Assembly: GCA_964448715.1 (NCBI GenBank)
Contig: CAYUWX010000001.1
Span: 1-62,454 of the forward strand
DNA: 62,454 bases
DNA from: Candidatus Woesearchaeota archaeon
GTDB taxonomy: Archaea > Nanobdellota > Nanobdellia > SCGC-AAA011-G17 > PNOQ01
Direction: 5' to 3'
Each line of letters starts with the position of its first letter. The first letter of the stretch is position 1. Under the pieces are notes generated by a model. That model was not told where the DNA came from, searched no databases, and saw only the letters and a program-made list of their open reading frames with translations. The position numbers were made by a program, and so were the translations under genes. Shown in pieces: positions 46,278-57,052 of this stretch.

Positions 46278-46439
46278 ATTATTATAATTTTAGATTCAAG
46301 AATTTATAAGATTTACTCAAAAATTCATTTTTAAGGTTTATGGATTAGTTTTCTATATTTTTCCTTAACCTTCTTTATAAAGAACAAAATGTAAAAAATT
46401 AATATCCTAATAACAAAACCTCCATTAAGTATATTCTGA

Positions 46440-46458
46440 GCCAGGGAAATTCCCTGGC
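46440..46458. promoter_or_regulatory. Perfect 9+1+9 GC-rich palindrome GCCAGGGAA-A-TTCCCTGGC
   Basis: Stands out in a spacer that is otherwise almost pure A/T, between the divergent hsp20 and ileS genes. Function unknown. Confidence 0.3.
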
Positions 46459-46611
46459 AAAACACTTAAATAAATTAAATTTTCTTTAAAATTATGTTAA
46501 GTAGCTCAATAATACAAATTATTTCTATTATTATCTAGAGCTACCTCTAAAATTATGGAGGTTCTAAAAGGCAATTTATATAAATTAAAACTTCACTCAA
46601 AAAATTAAAAG

Positions 46612-49600
46612 ATGTATGATTTAAAAAAGACAGAACAAGAAATACTTGAATTTTGGAAAAAAAACAAGATATATGAAAAATTAAAGGAAAGAAATAAAGA
46701 TAAGACTCCTTTTTACTTTTTACAAGGTCCCCCGTATACATCTGGAAAACTTCATTTAGGGCAAGCTTTGAATAATACTTTAAAAGATTCAATTCTAAGA
46801 TATAAAAGAATGAGGGGATTTGATGTATGGGATAGGGCAGGATATGATATGCACGGAATTCCGATTTCTTCAAAAGTTCAAAAAAAATTAAATCTAAAAT
46901 CGAAAGAAGATATAGAAAATTATGGAATTGACAAATTTAATTTAGAATGTACTAATTGGGCAATTGAACTAGCAAAATTAATGGATAAAGATTTACAAAG
47001 AATGGCAGTTTGGTTAGATTATTCTAATCCATATTATACTCTTAACTCGGAGTGGATAGAATCTGCTTGGCATTTAGTAAAAAAAGCAGAAGAAAATAAA
47101 AGATTATACTTAGGAGAAAAAACAATGTCTTGGTGTGCAGAGTGTGAAACTGCACTAGCAAAACATGAATGTGAATATAAAAATATAATAGATAAATCAA
47201 TTTTTGTTAAATTAAAAATAAGAAATGAAAACAAACACCTCTTGATATGGACAACAACCCCGTGGACACTAGCTTTCAATTTAGCAGTTATGGTAAATCC
47301 AGATTTAGATTATGTCGAAGCAGAAGTTGAAGGAGAAACATGGATAATTGCAAGAGATTTAGCAGATCAAGTATTAAGTAAAACCCTGGGAAAAGAATAT
47401 ATTATTACCGAAGAATTTAAGGGTTCAGAATTAAAAGGAATAAGATACGAACATCCATGGGAAAATGAAATAACAGATTATACAAAATTAAAAACAGAAC
47501 ATCCTAAGGTTCATACAGTAGTCCTATCAAAAGAATATGTTAATTTACAAGCAGGTACTGGACTAGTACACTGTGCACCTGGTTGTGGACCAGAAGATTA
47601 TGAAGTAGGATATGCAAATAAAATCCCACCTTATAATAATATAGATGAAAAAGGAATATTTCCTTCTAATATGGGTTCTTTCTCAGGTTTTAAAGCAAAG
47701 ATTGATGACAAAAAATTTGTTCAAAAATTAGAAGAATCCGGAGCACTAGTAGGGACCCAAAATGTGGAACATGATTATGCCCATCACGAAAGATGTTCAA
47801 CACCAGTTATTTTTAAAACAACAAAACAATGGTTTTTCAAAATTGAAGATTTAAAAGAAAAAATGATTCAAGACAATAAAGGAATTCACTGGGTTCCTGA
47901 GTCTATGAAAAATGCATATGATTCTTGGTTAAGCAGTTTAAGGGACAATTCAATTACTAGGCAAAGATTTTGGGGAACTCCAGTTCCAATTTGGAGATGT
48001 AATAGTTGTAAAGAGTATATTGTAATTGGTTCTAAAAAAGAATTAACAGAATTGTCAGGAGAAGATTTAGAAAACTTACACAGACCATGGATAGATAAAG
48101 TTAAAATTAAATGTTCTTGTGGTGGAGAAAAACAAAGAATTTCTGACGTTTTAGATGTTTGGTTAGATGCAGGAATAGGTTCATACTCATGTTTAGATTA
48201 TCCTAAAAGAACAGATTTATTTGAAAGATATTTCCCACCAGAATTTATTTTAGAAGGAAAGGATCAAATTAGAGGGTGGTTTAATGTTCTACAAGTTTGT
48301 TCAAATATTACATTACAAAAATCAGCTTTCAAAAATGTATTTGTAAATTCATTCATAACAGATATAGAGGGAGTAAAGATGTCAAAATCGTTAGGAAATA
48401 TTATCTCGCCTTACGAATTAATTGATAAATATGGTGTAGATGCAATGAGATTATATTTATATGAATCAGAACCTGGAACAGATGTAAACTTCTCCTGGGA
48501 TGAACTAAAAACAAAATACAAAATATTATCAATTTTATGGAATGTTCATCAATACCTATTAGACTATTCAAGATCTTCGGGAGTAAATCCAAAAGAATTA
48601 CCTAAAAATTTAGAATTAGAAGAAAAATATATATTTTCAAAATTAAATAAAACAATTAGAGATGTAACAGAAGAATACGAATTTTATAATATTAATAAAG
48701 TTCCTACAAAATTAGAAGAATTCATACTAGATTTATCTAGAGAGTATATACAATCAACTAGAGATAAAATAAATGAAAATCCTCAATTAGTATTATCCAC
48801 AATTTACTATTCACTAACTGAATTTTTAAAATTATTTTCAACTATTTGTCCATTAATTTCTGAGCAAATATATCAAAATTTAAGCTTACCTTTTGATTTA
48901 GAACAAGAATCTATTGCCTTAGAAAAATGGCCAGAATATCATTCAAAATATATAGATGAAGATTTAGAAAAACAAGTTAAGATAACTCAAGAGATAATAC
49001 AAAATGGTTTAGCAGCAAGGGAAAAAGTAAAGAAAGGAGTTAGATGGCCACTTCAAGAAGCACAAATTATTTCAAATGATAAAGATGTTAAAAATACCTT
49101 AGAAAATTTCAAAGAACTAATTAAATCTAAACTAAATATTAAGGAATTAAACTTAAAAGAAGATTATCAATTTGAAGAAATAAACATTTCTCCAAATAAA
49201 TCTAAAATAGGACAAGATTTCAAACAAGATTCACCATTAATAACTGAAAAATTAGATTCAGAAAAGTTAAATGAAATATATGAAAAAGGAGAAATAAAGT
49301 TAGACAATTTCAAACTAACAAAAGAACATATTTTTGTAGATGAAATAATGCCAGAAAATTTAACATTCTCAGAATTCAAAAAAGGAAAATTAATACTTAA
49401 CACAGAAGTAAATGAAGAATTAGAAAAAGAAGGATTTGCAAGAGAATTAATCAGAAGAATTCAAGATCTAAGAAAAGAAAAAGGATTAAAGAAAAAAGAT
49501 ACAATTAATCTTTCAATAAGTTCAGATTATTCTATTGAAAAATTCAAAAAATATATCCAAGAAAAAGTTGGAGCTTCTGTTCTAGAATTTAAAGAAATGA

Positions 49601-49674
49601 ATTATGAAAATAAGGATGAATGCAAAATAAAAGGCAATAATTTCAAGATTTCATTCAATGTAATAACCAACTAA
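46612..49674 (+). CDS. ileS: Isoleucyl-tRNA synthetase
   Basis: PPYTSGKLHLGQALN (HIGH region), KMSKSLGN, a CP1 editing insertion and Cys clusters. Confidence 0.9.
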   Translation: MYDLKKTEQEILEFWKKNKIYEKLKERNKDKTPFYFLQGPPYTSGKLHLGQALNNTLKDSILRYKRMRGFDVWDRAGYDMHGIPISSKVQKKLNLKSKEDIENYGIDKFNLECTNWAIELAKLMDKDLQRMAVWLDYSNPYYTLNSEWIESAWHLVKKAEENKRLYLGEKTMSWCAECETALAKHECEYKNIIDKSIFVKLKIRNENKHLLIWTTTPWTLAFNLAVMVNPDLDYVEAEVEGETWIIARDLADQVLSKTLGKEYIITEEFKGSELKGIRYEHPWENEITDYTKLKTEHPKVHTVVLSKEYVNLQAGTGLVHCAPGCGPEDYEVGYANKIPPYNNIDEKGIFPSNMGSFSGFKAKIDDKKFVQKLEESGALVGTQNVEHDYAHHERCSTPVIFKTTKQWFFKIEDLKEKMIQDNKGIHWVPESMKNAYDSWLSSLRDNSITRQRFWGTPVPIWRCNSCKEYIVIGSKKELTELSGEDLENLHRPWIDKVKIKCSCGGEKQRISDVLDVWLDAGIGSYSCLDYPKRTDLFERYFPPEFILEGKDQIRGWFNVLQVCSNITLQKSAFKNVFVNSFITDIEGVKMSKSLGNIISPYELIDKYGVDAMRLYLYESEPGTDVNFSWDELKTKYKILSILWNVHQYLLDYSRSSGVNPKELPKNLELEEKYIFSKLNKTIRDVTEEYEFYNINKVPTKLEEFILDLSREYIQSTRDKINENPQLVLSTIYYSLTEFLKLFSTICPLISEQIYQNLSLPFDLEQESIALEKWPEYHSKYIDEDLEKQVKITQEIIQNGLAAREKVKKGVRWPLQEAQIISNDKDVKNTLENFKELIKSKLNIKELNLKEDYQFEEINISPNKSKIGQDFKQDSPLITEKLDSEKLNEIYEKGEIKLDNFKLTKEHIFVDEIMPENLTFSEFKKGKLILNTEVNEELEKEGFARELIRRIQDLRKEKGLKKKDTINLSISSDYSIEKFKKYIQEKVGASVLEFKEMNYENKDECKIKGNNFKISFNVITN

Positions 49675-49751
49675 TTACTACAAAATTTACCTATCCTTTT
49701 AAATACTTTTCCCCACATCCTTTTATAAATAAAACTTGGGGGTTTTTAATA

Positions 49752-50300
49752 ATGGCAAAATCAAAAGCAACAATAAAAATAGTTAACATTGTCTGTTCTA
49801 CTTCATTAGAAAAAGATGTTCATTTAGTTAAATTGGCAGAAACATTGCCAAATACAGAATATAATCCAGAACAATTTCCAGGGTTAGTTATGAGAATAAG
49901 AGAACCTAAAACTTCTGCATTAGTCTTTAGTTCTGGTAAAATAGTTTGTACGGGTGCTAGATCTATGAAAAAAGTTAGAGAGTCCATTAATGAGATTATA
50001 AAAAACGTAGCAAAAATAGGTGTAAATGTTACAATAACTCCAAAAATCACAGTTCAAAATATGGTTGGTTCCGGAGATATCTACATGGATTTAAACTTAA
50101 ACGAATTAGCACTTAAATTAGAAAATGCTGAATACGAACCTGAACAATTTCCAGGATTAGTTTACAAATTACCCGGTACAAGAGCAACATTCCTATTATT
50201 TAGTAATGGAAAAATCGTTTGTACTGGAACTAAATCTGAAACAAAACTAAAGGAAGCAGTAGTATTACTAGTTTCTAACCTAAAAAAGTTTAAAAAATAA
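49752..50300 (+). CDS. tbp: TATA-box binding protein
   Basis: Two direct repeats, each with EQFPGLV and SGKIVCTG. Confidence 0.9.
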   Translation: MAKSKATIKIVNIVCSTSLEKDVHLVKLAETLPNTEYNPEQFPGLVMRIREPKTSALVFSSGKIVCTGARSMKKVRESINEIIKNVAKIGVNVTITPKITVQNMVGSGDIYMDLNLNELALKLENAEYEPEQFPGLVYKLPGTRATFLLFSNGKIVCTGTKSETKLKEAVVLLVSNLKKFKK

Positions 50301-50329
50301 ACTTACTTTCCTTTTTTTATTATTTTAAA

Positions 50330-52357
50330 ATGGCAGAAGATATATTTACGCAAATAGAGAGAATTAAAGATTTTTTAGAAACAGTTTGTCAAGAAGATAT
50401 AGACAAGGTAATAAAGCAAGGAAAAAAATCTATCTTAATAGATTTTAAAGAATTTTCAAAATTTGATGTAGAAATAGCAGAACAATTGCTTAACGAACCA
50501 TTAGAAGTTATTCAAAATTTCGAAATGGCTATGGATCAAATAGAAATAACCTCAAAAAAAGATATTAGAGTAAGGTTCAATAATTTACCAGAAACTCAAA
50601 AAATAAATATTAGAAACATAAGAAGTCTTAATTTAGGCAGTTTATTAGTAACAGAAGGAATTGTAAGACAAGCATCAGATGTAAGGCCCCAAGTAACTTC
50701 TGCAAAGTTTGAATGTCCTACATGTGCAAATATATTATCTCTTTTACAATTAGATCAAGCATTCAAGGAACCGTCAAGATGTTCATGTGGAAGAAAAGGA
50801 CATTTCAAGTTATTAAAAAAAGAATTAGTTGATGCACAAAGAATAATTTTAGAAGAATCTCCAGAATCCTTAGATGGTGGAGAGCAACCAAAAAGATTAT
50901 CCATTTATCTAAAAGAAGATTTAGTTGAACCATCTTTAGAGAAAAAAACAACACCTGGTTCAAAAGTAAGAATTTTTGGAATAGTAAAAGAAATTCCAGT
51001 ATTTTTAAAAACAGGGGCACAATCTAGAATGTTTGATTTAGCACTAGAATCTAATTATATAGAACCAGTTCAGGAAACATTTGATGACTTAGATATTTCT
51101 AAGGAAGATGAAAAAAAGATACTAGAATTGGCAAAAAATCCAAAAGTTTTCACAAATTTGGTAGAATCTATCGCTCCATCAATTCTAGGATATAAAGAAA
51201 TCAAAACTGCCCTACTTTTACAATTATTGGGAGGATCAAGAAAAGTAATGGCGGATGGAGTAATTAGGAGGGGAGATATCCATGTTTTATTAATTGGTGA
51301 TCCGGGTGCAGGTAAATCTCAATTAATCCGATTTATTGGAAATGCTGCACCAAAAGGAAGATTTGTATCTGGAAAAGGAGCTTCTGGTGCAGGACTTACT
51401 GCCTCAGTAGTTAGAGATGAATTTTTGAAAGGATGGGCATTAGAAGCTGGAGCAATGGTTTTAGCAAACGGAGGAGTATGTGCAATTGATGAATTAGATA
51501 AAATGAGTCATGAAGATAGATCTGCTCTACATGAAGCACTTGAACAACAGACCGTAACAATTTCCAAAGCAAATATTCAAGCAACTCTAAGATCTGAAAC
51601 AACTGTTCTTGCAGCAGCAAATCCTAAACTGGGAAGATTTGATCCATTTTCACCAATAGCTTCTCAAATAGATTTACCTCCTGCATTAATTAATAGATTT
51701 GATTTAATATTTCCAATTAGAGATTTACCGAGCAAAGATAATGATTCAAGAATTGCATCTCACATTTTAAATGCATACGATAATCCAAAAATAATAGAAC
51801 CTAAAGTAGATCCAAATTTATTCAAAAAATATTTAGCATATGCAAAACAAAAAGTAAAACCAGTATTAACACAAGAAGCAATAGATGAAATACAATCATA
51901 TTATGTAGATTTAAGAAATGCAAATCAACAATCTGAAGATGAAATAAAACCAATTCCAATTTCTGCAAGGCAATTAGAAGCATTAATCAGATTAGCAGAA
52001 GCAGCGGCAAAAGTAAGATTATCAGACAAAGTACTTAAAAAAGATGCAAAATTAGCAACATCCTTAGTTCATTATTGTTTAATGAGGGTTGGATTTGATA
52101 AAGAAACAGGAACAATTGATATTGATAGAATTTCAACAGGGGTAACTGCATCACAAAGGAATAAGTTTATAATTGTTAAAGAAATCATGAAAAAATTAGC
52201 AGAAAAATCAGGTTCCAAAACAATTGCTATTGAAGATATTTCAATGGAGGCAAAAGAAAAAGGAATAGATGAGGATAAATTAAGAGAAACAATAGAAAAA
52301 CTAAAAAGATCAGGAGATGTGTTTGAGCCTAAAAGGGGCTTCTTACAAAAAATTTAG
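50330..52357 (+). CDS. mcm: MCM replicative helicase
   Basis: Zinc motif CPTC...CSCG, Walker A GDPGAGKSQ, Walker B CAIDELDKM, arginine-finger region SARQLEALIRLAEA and a C-terminal wH. No intein. Confidence 0.9.
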   Translation: MAEDIFTQIERIKDFLETVCQEDIDKVIKQGKKSILIDFKEFSKFDVEIAEQLLNEPLEVIQNFEMAMDQIEITSKKDIRVRFNNLPETQKINIRNIRSLNLGSLLVTEGIVRQASDVRPQVTSAKFECPTCANILSLLQLDQAFKEPSRCSCGRKGHFKLLKKELVDAQRIILEESPESLDGGEQPKRLSIYLKEDLVEPSLEKKTTPGSKVRIFGIVKEIPVFLKTGAQSRMFDLALESNYIEPVQETFDDLDISKEDEKKILELAKNPKVFTNLVESIAPSILGYKEIKTALLLQLLGGSRKVMADGVIRRGDIHVLLIGDPGAGKSQLIRFIGNAAPKGRFVSGKGASGAGLTASVVRDEFLKGWALEAGAMVLANGGVCAIDELDKMSHEDRSALHEALEQQTVTISKANIQATLRSETTVLAAANPKLGRFDPFSPIASQIDLPPALINRFDLIFPIRDLPSKDNDSRIASHILNAYDNPKIIEPKVDPNLFKKYLAYAKQKVKPVLTQEAIDEIQSYYVDLRNANQQSEDEIKPIPISARQLEALIRLAEAAAKVRLSDKVLKKDAKLATSLVHYCLMRVGFDKETGTIDIDRISTGVTASQRNKFIIVKEIMKKLAEKSGSKTIAIEDISMEAKEKGIDEDKLRETIEKLKRSGDVFEPKRGFLQKI

Positions 52358-52360
52358 AAA

Positions 52361-53053
52361 ATGGAACAACAATTAAGACAAACTGCATACAAAGTATGGA
52401 TAGCAGACATACTAAATAAAGAAATTAAAAAGGAAGAAGGAGAATGGTCTCCAAATTATATTGAAGTTAATAATAAACAAGTTTCAAGAGTTAATATTAT
52501 TGCAACAGTTGTAATGAAATATGTTTCTGAAGATAATTCTTATGCAACTTTAACAATAGATGACTCTTCGGGAGATGTACAAATTAAAGCATGGAAAGAA
52601 GATGTATCATTCTTCGATGATGTTGAAATAGGTTCACCAATACTTTTTGTTGGTAAAGTTAAAGATTATAATTCTCAAATCTATTTAACTCCTGAAATAA
52701 TTAGAATATTAGATAAAAAAGAATGGATTGAATTAAGAAAAAAAGAATTAACAAAAATTTATGGAGAAAGAGAAACAAAAATAGTAGAAACAGTTCAACC
52801 AAAAAAAGAAGAAATTATAGAAGAACCAGTTATTCAAGAAGAAACAGTAGTTGAAGAAGTAGTTTCTGGAAATGGTAGACAAAAAATCTTAAATACTATT
52901 GAACAAATGGATAAAGGAGAGGGAGCAGATATAATCGAAGTTGTTGAAGAAACAAAATTAGATGAAGAAGAAGCAAACTCTCTAATGCAAGAACTCCTAA
53001 AAGAAGGAGAAATCTTTGAAATCAAAGCAGGAAAATTAAAAATAATTGAATAA
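52361..53053 (+). CDS. OB-fold plus C-terminal winged-helix protein, RPA32/Stn1-like
   Basis: VSRVNIIATVV...ATLTIDDSSGDVQIKAW...LFVGKVKDYNSQIYLTPE is an OB-fold pattern. An acidic linker follows, then ILNTIEQMD...EEEANSLMQELLKEGEIFEIKAGKLKII (wH). It starts 4 nt after the mcm stop. Confidence 0.5.
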   Translation: MEQQLRQTAYKVWIADILNKEIKKEEGEWSPNYIEVNNKQVSRVNIIATVVMKYVSEDNSYATLTIDDSSGDVQIKAWKEDVSFFDDVEIGSPILFVGKVKDYNSQIYLTPEIIRILDKKEWIELRKKELTKIYGERETKIVETVQPKKEEIIEEPVIQEETVVEEVVSGNGRQKILNTIEQMDKGEGADIIEVVEETKLDEEEANSLMQELLKEGEIFEIKAGKLKIIE

Positions 53054-53054
53054 A

Positions 53055-53462
53055 ATGGATTATGAGAAACTATTGGAAAGAGCACAACCAAAAATTCCTA
53101 AAAAAATTAAATCAAAAGAAAGATTTGAAATCCCCAAAGTAAAGGGACATATAGAAGGTACTAAAACAATAGTTACAAACTTTATACAAATTGCTTCTAC
53201 TTTACATAGATATCCACAACACATACTTAAATATCTATTAAGAGAATTAGCAGCACCGGGAAGTATTGATGGACAAAGATTAATTCTTGGTAAAAAAATA
53301 AATTCTGCAATAATAAACGAAAAAATAGAAAAATATGCAAATGAGTTTGTTATATGTAAAGATTGTAAAAAACCAGATACTGAAATGGTTAAAGAAGGAA
53401 GAGTTTTATTATTAAAATGTCAAGCATGTGGTGCAAAGCATCCAATAATGTCAAAAATATAA
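53055..53462 (+). CDS. eif2b: Translation initiation factor aIF2 beta subunit
   Basis: FVICKDCKKPDT...LLKCQACGA C4 zinc knuckle with a typical aIF2-beta core. The ATG at 53055 is preferred over the track's TTG at 53046. Confidence 0.85.
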   Translation: MDYEKLLERAQPKIPKKIKSKERFEIPKVKGHIEGTKTIVTNFIQIASTLHRYPQHILKYLLRELAAPGSIDGQRLILGKKINSAIINEKIEKYANEFVICKDCKKPDTEMVKEGRVLLLKCQACGAKHPIMSKI

Positions 53463-53463
53463 A

Positions 53464-53754
53464 ATGTATGTAAAAATTCATGTAACTCAGGAAGCAGCAG
53501 TAACAGCAATCTGCGATGAAGATTTAATTGGAAAAACTATTTCTGATAAAGATAAAGAATTAGATATAACTGAAAGATTTTACAAAGGCGAAGTTAAATC
53601 TGATGAAGAAGTTATAGAAATAATGGAAAAAGCCACCAATCTAAATCTTGTTGGAGAAAAAACAATTAAGTTGGCTTTAGAAAATAATATAATCGAGGAA
53701 AGTGCAGTAATCAAAATTGGGGAAGTTCCACATGCACAAAGATTTGAAGTATGA
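53464..53754 (+). CDS. DUF424-family protein
   Basis: MYVKIH...AVTAICDEDLIGK is the characteristic DUF424 start. Conserved archaeal small protein. Confidence 0.6.
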   Translation: MYVKIHVTQEAAVTAICDEDLIGKTISDKDKELDITERFYKGEVKSDEEVIEIMEKATNLNLVGEKTIKLALENNIIEESAVIKIGEVPHAQRFEV

Positions 53755-54059
53755 AAAAATTTCTACCTTCGGGATATTTTGAAGCAAAATTACAAGTTAG
53801 GCCCAAAGATGAATCCCATTTAGAATGGGTTAAGAAAAAAATTAAAAAAAATAATATTGAAATAGTTGATATCAATGAATTAAAAGAAGGATATGATGTA
53901 TACATTAATTCTGCAGATTTTGCAATTAAAATAGGAAAACAATTTAGAAATGAGTTTAATATTAAACCAAAAGTTTCTAGATCTTTGACTGGTGAAGATA
54001 AGGCGGCCGGAAAAAGAATTTACAAAATAACAGTATTATTAAAAAAAGAAAAAAAATAA
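53751..54059 (+). CDS. Short NMD3-like domain protein
   Basis: YFEAKLQVRP resembles the NMD3 yfEAilQ(l/v)R signature. It lacks the N-terminal zinc-finger region of full-length NMD3. Confidence 0.4.
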   Translation: MKKFLPSGYFEAKLQVRPKDESHLEWVKKKIKKNNIEIVDINELKEGYDVYINSADFAIKIGKQFRNEFNIKPKVSRSLTGEDKAAGKRIYKITVLLKKEKK

Positions 54060-54116
54060 ATTATTTTCTATTCAAAACCTTTATAAAAACACCAAATTCC
54101 TTTATACTAAACAAAA

Positions 54117-54467
54117 ATGGTATATAAAAAACCAGTTAAGAAGAAAAAAGGGCAACAAACATTCAATTCTGAATTCATAAGAGTAAGAACACCAAAAAAC
54201 AAAGAAATTATAGGTATTGTTTTACAAAGATTAGGAAGTTCAAGAATTAAAGTTGCAGGAATGGATGGAAAAACAAGAGTTTGTAGAATACCTGGAAGAT
54301 TAAAAAAATCATTATGGGTCAGAGAAGGAAATACTGTTTTAATAGAACCTTGGGAATTTGAAGGAGATAAAAAAGCAGATGTTTTATACAGATACAATCC
54401 AACACAAGTAGACTGGTTAAAAAAGAAAGGATATCTAAAACAAATATCCGAATTTGATGAATTCTAA
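54117..54467 (+). CDS. eif1a: Translation initiation factor aIF1A
   Basis: S1-like OB pattern: IGIVLQRLGSSRIKVAGMDGKTRVCRIPGRLKKSLWVREGNTVLIEPWEF. Confidence 0.85.
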   Translation: MVYKKPVKKKKGQQTFNSEFIRVRTPKNKEIIGIVLQRLGSSRIKVAGMDGKTRVCRIPGRLKKSLWVREGNTVLIEPWEFEGDKKADVLYRYNPTQVDWLKKKGYLKQISEFDEF

Positions 54468-54469
54468 AA

Positions 54470-54988
54470 ATGTCAGAAGAATTAAAAATTCCAAAAGAAA
54501 GGGTTGCAGTCCTAATAGGTGAAAAAGGTGCAACTAAAAGGAAAATTCAAAAACAAACTAAAACCAAATTAACTATCACCTCAGAAGGAGATATAACAAT
54601 AGATTCTGAAGATAATTATAATGTTTTCATAACATCAAACATAATAAAAGCAATTGGAAGAGGATTCAATCCCTTAACTGCACTAAAATTACTTAATGAA
54701 GATTATGCATTTGATATATTAAACATTCACGAAGTTTCAGGAAAATCCAAAAAACAAGAAGAGAGAATAAAGTCAAGAGTTATAGGAACAGACGGAAAAG
54801 CAAGAAGAACGTTAGAAAAAATGACAAATACTTATATCTCAGTTTATGGAAAAACAATTGGAATCATAGGATCATTAGAAGATGTATACTTAGCAAAAAG
54901 GGCTTTAGACAAATTAATTAATGGTGCACCACACGGAAATGTCTATAAGTGGATAGACAGAGAAAAAGAAAGAGAAGAACTTTTATAA
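54470..54988 (+). CDS. KH-domain RNA-binding protein (Dim2/Pno1-like)
   Basis: Two KH modules (VLIGEKGATKRKIQ; VIGTDGKARRTLE), located directly after aIF1A. Confidence 0.7.
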   Translation: MSEELKIPKERVAVLIGEKGATKRKIQKQTKTKLTITSEGDITIDSEDNYNVFITSNIIKAIGRGFNPLTALKLLNEDYAFDILNIHEVSGKSKKQEERIKSRVIGTDGKARRTLEKMTNTYISVYGKTIGIIGSLEDVYLAKRALDKLINGAPHGNVYKWIDREKEREELL

Positions 54989-55010
54989 ACTAATTAAATA
55001 AAATAATTCT

Positions 55011-55427
55011 ATGGATATTTTTTACAAAATTATAATTGGATTAATACTAGCAACATTTTTTCCACAAACAATTAAAACAATAACTGAAATAATTAAAACT
55101 AAAAAAATTTCACTTTCTCATTTTTTTACAGATGGAGGAATGCCTTCATCACACTCATCATTTGTTTCTGCACTAAGTACTGCAATGATAATGACTCAAG
55201 GAACATCCATAATAACTCTAATAACTTTAGCATTTAGTGCAGTAATAATAAGAGATTCCCTTGGAATAAGATTAGAAGTAGGTAAACAAAAAAAGATTTT
55301 AGAAAAATTACACCCCCAAGATGCACTTAAAGAACAACTAAAAAGAGAAGGACATACAATACTTCAAGTTTTTGCAGGAATAATTTTTGGTATACTAATT
55401 ATGTTAATTATACTAAATTTACTATAA
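55011..55427 (+). CDS. Divergent PAP2 (DUF212) membrane protein
   Basis: GGMPSSHSSFVSAL ... RDSLGIR ... GHT pattern. Confidence 0.7.
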   Translation: MDIFYKIIIGLILATFFPQTIKTITEIIKTKKISLSHFFTDGGMPSSHSSFVSALSTAMIMTQGTSIITLITLAFSAVIIRDSLGIRLEVGKQKKILEKLHPQDALKEQLKREGHTILQVFAGIIFGILIMLIILNLL

Positions 55428-55471
55428 TTTTACAAAAAGATTTATAAACCCCATAAAATCTTTCCCTTTAC

Positions 55472-57052
55472 ATGCAAACAAAATTAAGTGAAAATACTCA
55501 AGAAATGAATCATGCAATAGAACAAGCAAAGAAACAAAGAAACATATCTATTTCAGAGTTTTTTACTAAAAATAGACACTTATTAGGTTTTGATAATCCA
55601 TTAAAATCACTTTCTACGACGATAAAAGAAGGAGTAGATAATGCTTTAGATGCCTGTGAAGAAGCAAACATTTTACCAAATATTAAGGTAGAAATCAAAC
55701 AAACTAGTCCAGAAAGATTCAAAGTAATACTAGAAGATAATGGGCCAGGAATAATAAAAGAACAAATTCCCAAAATTTTTGGAAGATTATTATATGGTTC
55801 AAAATTTCATAAACTTTCTCAAACAAGAGGACAACAAGGTATTGGAATTTCTGCAGCAGTTTTATACGGGCAATTAACAACAGGAAAACCGGCATTAATA
55901 ACCTCTAGAATAGGAAAAAATAAACCTGCACATTTCTATGAACTACATTTTGATACTACTAAAAATGAACCAGAAATTTCAAAAGATTTAGAAGTTTTTT
56001 GGGAAAAAGAACATGGAACTAAAATTGAAATAGAGATGGAAGGTAAATATCAAAAAGGTAAAAGATCGGTAGCAGAATACATAAAATACACTGCAGTTTC
56101 AAATCCCCATGCAACTCTAACTTTAATTGAACCAGATCAAACAAAAACAGAATACAAAAGGGCAACAACTCAACTTCCAGTAAAACCTAAAGAAATTAAA
56201 CCACATCCGGATGGAATAGAGTTAGGAATTCTAATTAATATGTTAAAGGCAACAGATGCAAGAACGTTACAATCATTTTTAACAAAAGAATTTTCAAGAA
56301 TTAGTACAAAAGCAGCAAAAGAAATTTGTGAAATAGCCAATGTTTATCCAAATGCAAGGCCATCCAGAATTGCAAAACAAGAAGCAGACAATTTGTTACA
56401 AGCTATGAGAAAAATGAAATTTATGGCTCCACCAACAGACTGTTTATCCCCGATAGGAGATGAATTATTAACTAAATCTTTAAAAAAAGAATTTAATGCG
56501 GAATTCTATACTGCAGTTACAAGACCTGCATCAGTATATAGAGGAAATCCTTTCAAGGTAGAAGCAGCAATAGCATATGGGGGATCCTTAGAAAGAGAAA
56601 AACCTGCAGAGATAATAAGATTTGCAAATAGAGTTCCATTACAATATCAACAAGCAGCATGTTCTATAACTAAATCTATAAATTCAACTAAATGGAAACA
56701 ATATGGATTACATCAATCTGGCCATAATATTCCGACAGGTCCAGTTGTAATTACGATTCATATTGCATCAGTATGGGTCCCATTTACTTCAGAATCTAAG
56801 GAAGCAATTGCACACTATCCTGAAATAATAAAAGAAATTAAATTGGCAGTTCAAGAGTGCGGAAGACAGTTAGGAAAATATGTTAGAAAACAACACAAAG
56901 TAAGAGATGAAGAAAAAAAACATTCATACTTAGAAAAATATGTTCCAGTTATAGGTGAAGCATTAAAAGAAATATTAAATTTAAAAGAAATTGATGAAAA
57001 AAAGATAAATGATAATTTAAAAGATTATTTAGAGAGGTCTAGAAAACTATGA
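55472..57052 (+). CDS. top6B: DNA topoisomerase VI subunit B
   Basis: GHKL ATPase motifs ([21 protein letters not shown]) plus a transducer domain. It overlaps top6A by 4 nt. Confidence 0.9.
   Translation: MQTKLSENTQEMNHAIEQAKKQRNISISEFFTKNRHLLGFDNPLKSLSTTIKEGVDNALDACEEANILPNIKVEIKQTSPERFKVILEDNGPGIIKEQIPKIFGRLLYGSKFHKLSQTRGQQGIGISAAVLYGQLTTGKPALITSRIGKNKPAHFYELHFDTTKNEPEISKDLEVFWEKEHGTKIEIEMEGKYQKGKRSVAEYIKYTAVSNPHATLTLIEPDQTKTEYKRATTQLPVKPKEIKPHPDGIELGILINMLKATDARTLQSFLTKEFSRISTKAAKEICEIANVYPNARPSRIAKQEADNLLQAMRKMKFMAPPTDCLSPIGDELLTKSLKKEFNAEFYTAVTRPASVYRGNPFKVEAAIAYGGSLEREKPAEIIRFANRVPLQYQQAACSITKSINSTKWKQYGLHQSGHNIPTGPVVITIHIASVWVPFTSESKEAIAHYPEIIKEIKLAVQECGRQLGKYVRKQHKVRDEEKKHSYLEKYVPVIGEALKEILNLKEIDEKKINDNLKDYLERSRKL

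Noticed and set aside
46553-46873. 106-aa minus-strand ORF overlapping the ileS start
   Set aside because: It is antisense to the IleRS HIGH region, and its upstream half covers the ileS promoter.
54117-54988. Absence of a Rio-type kinase gene between aIF1A and the KH-domain gene
   Set aside because: I recall these three genes being linked in many archaea, but I cannot verify how general that is. Absence from one locus says nothing without the whole genome.
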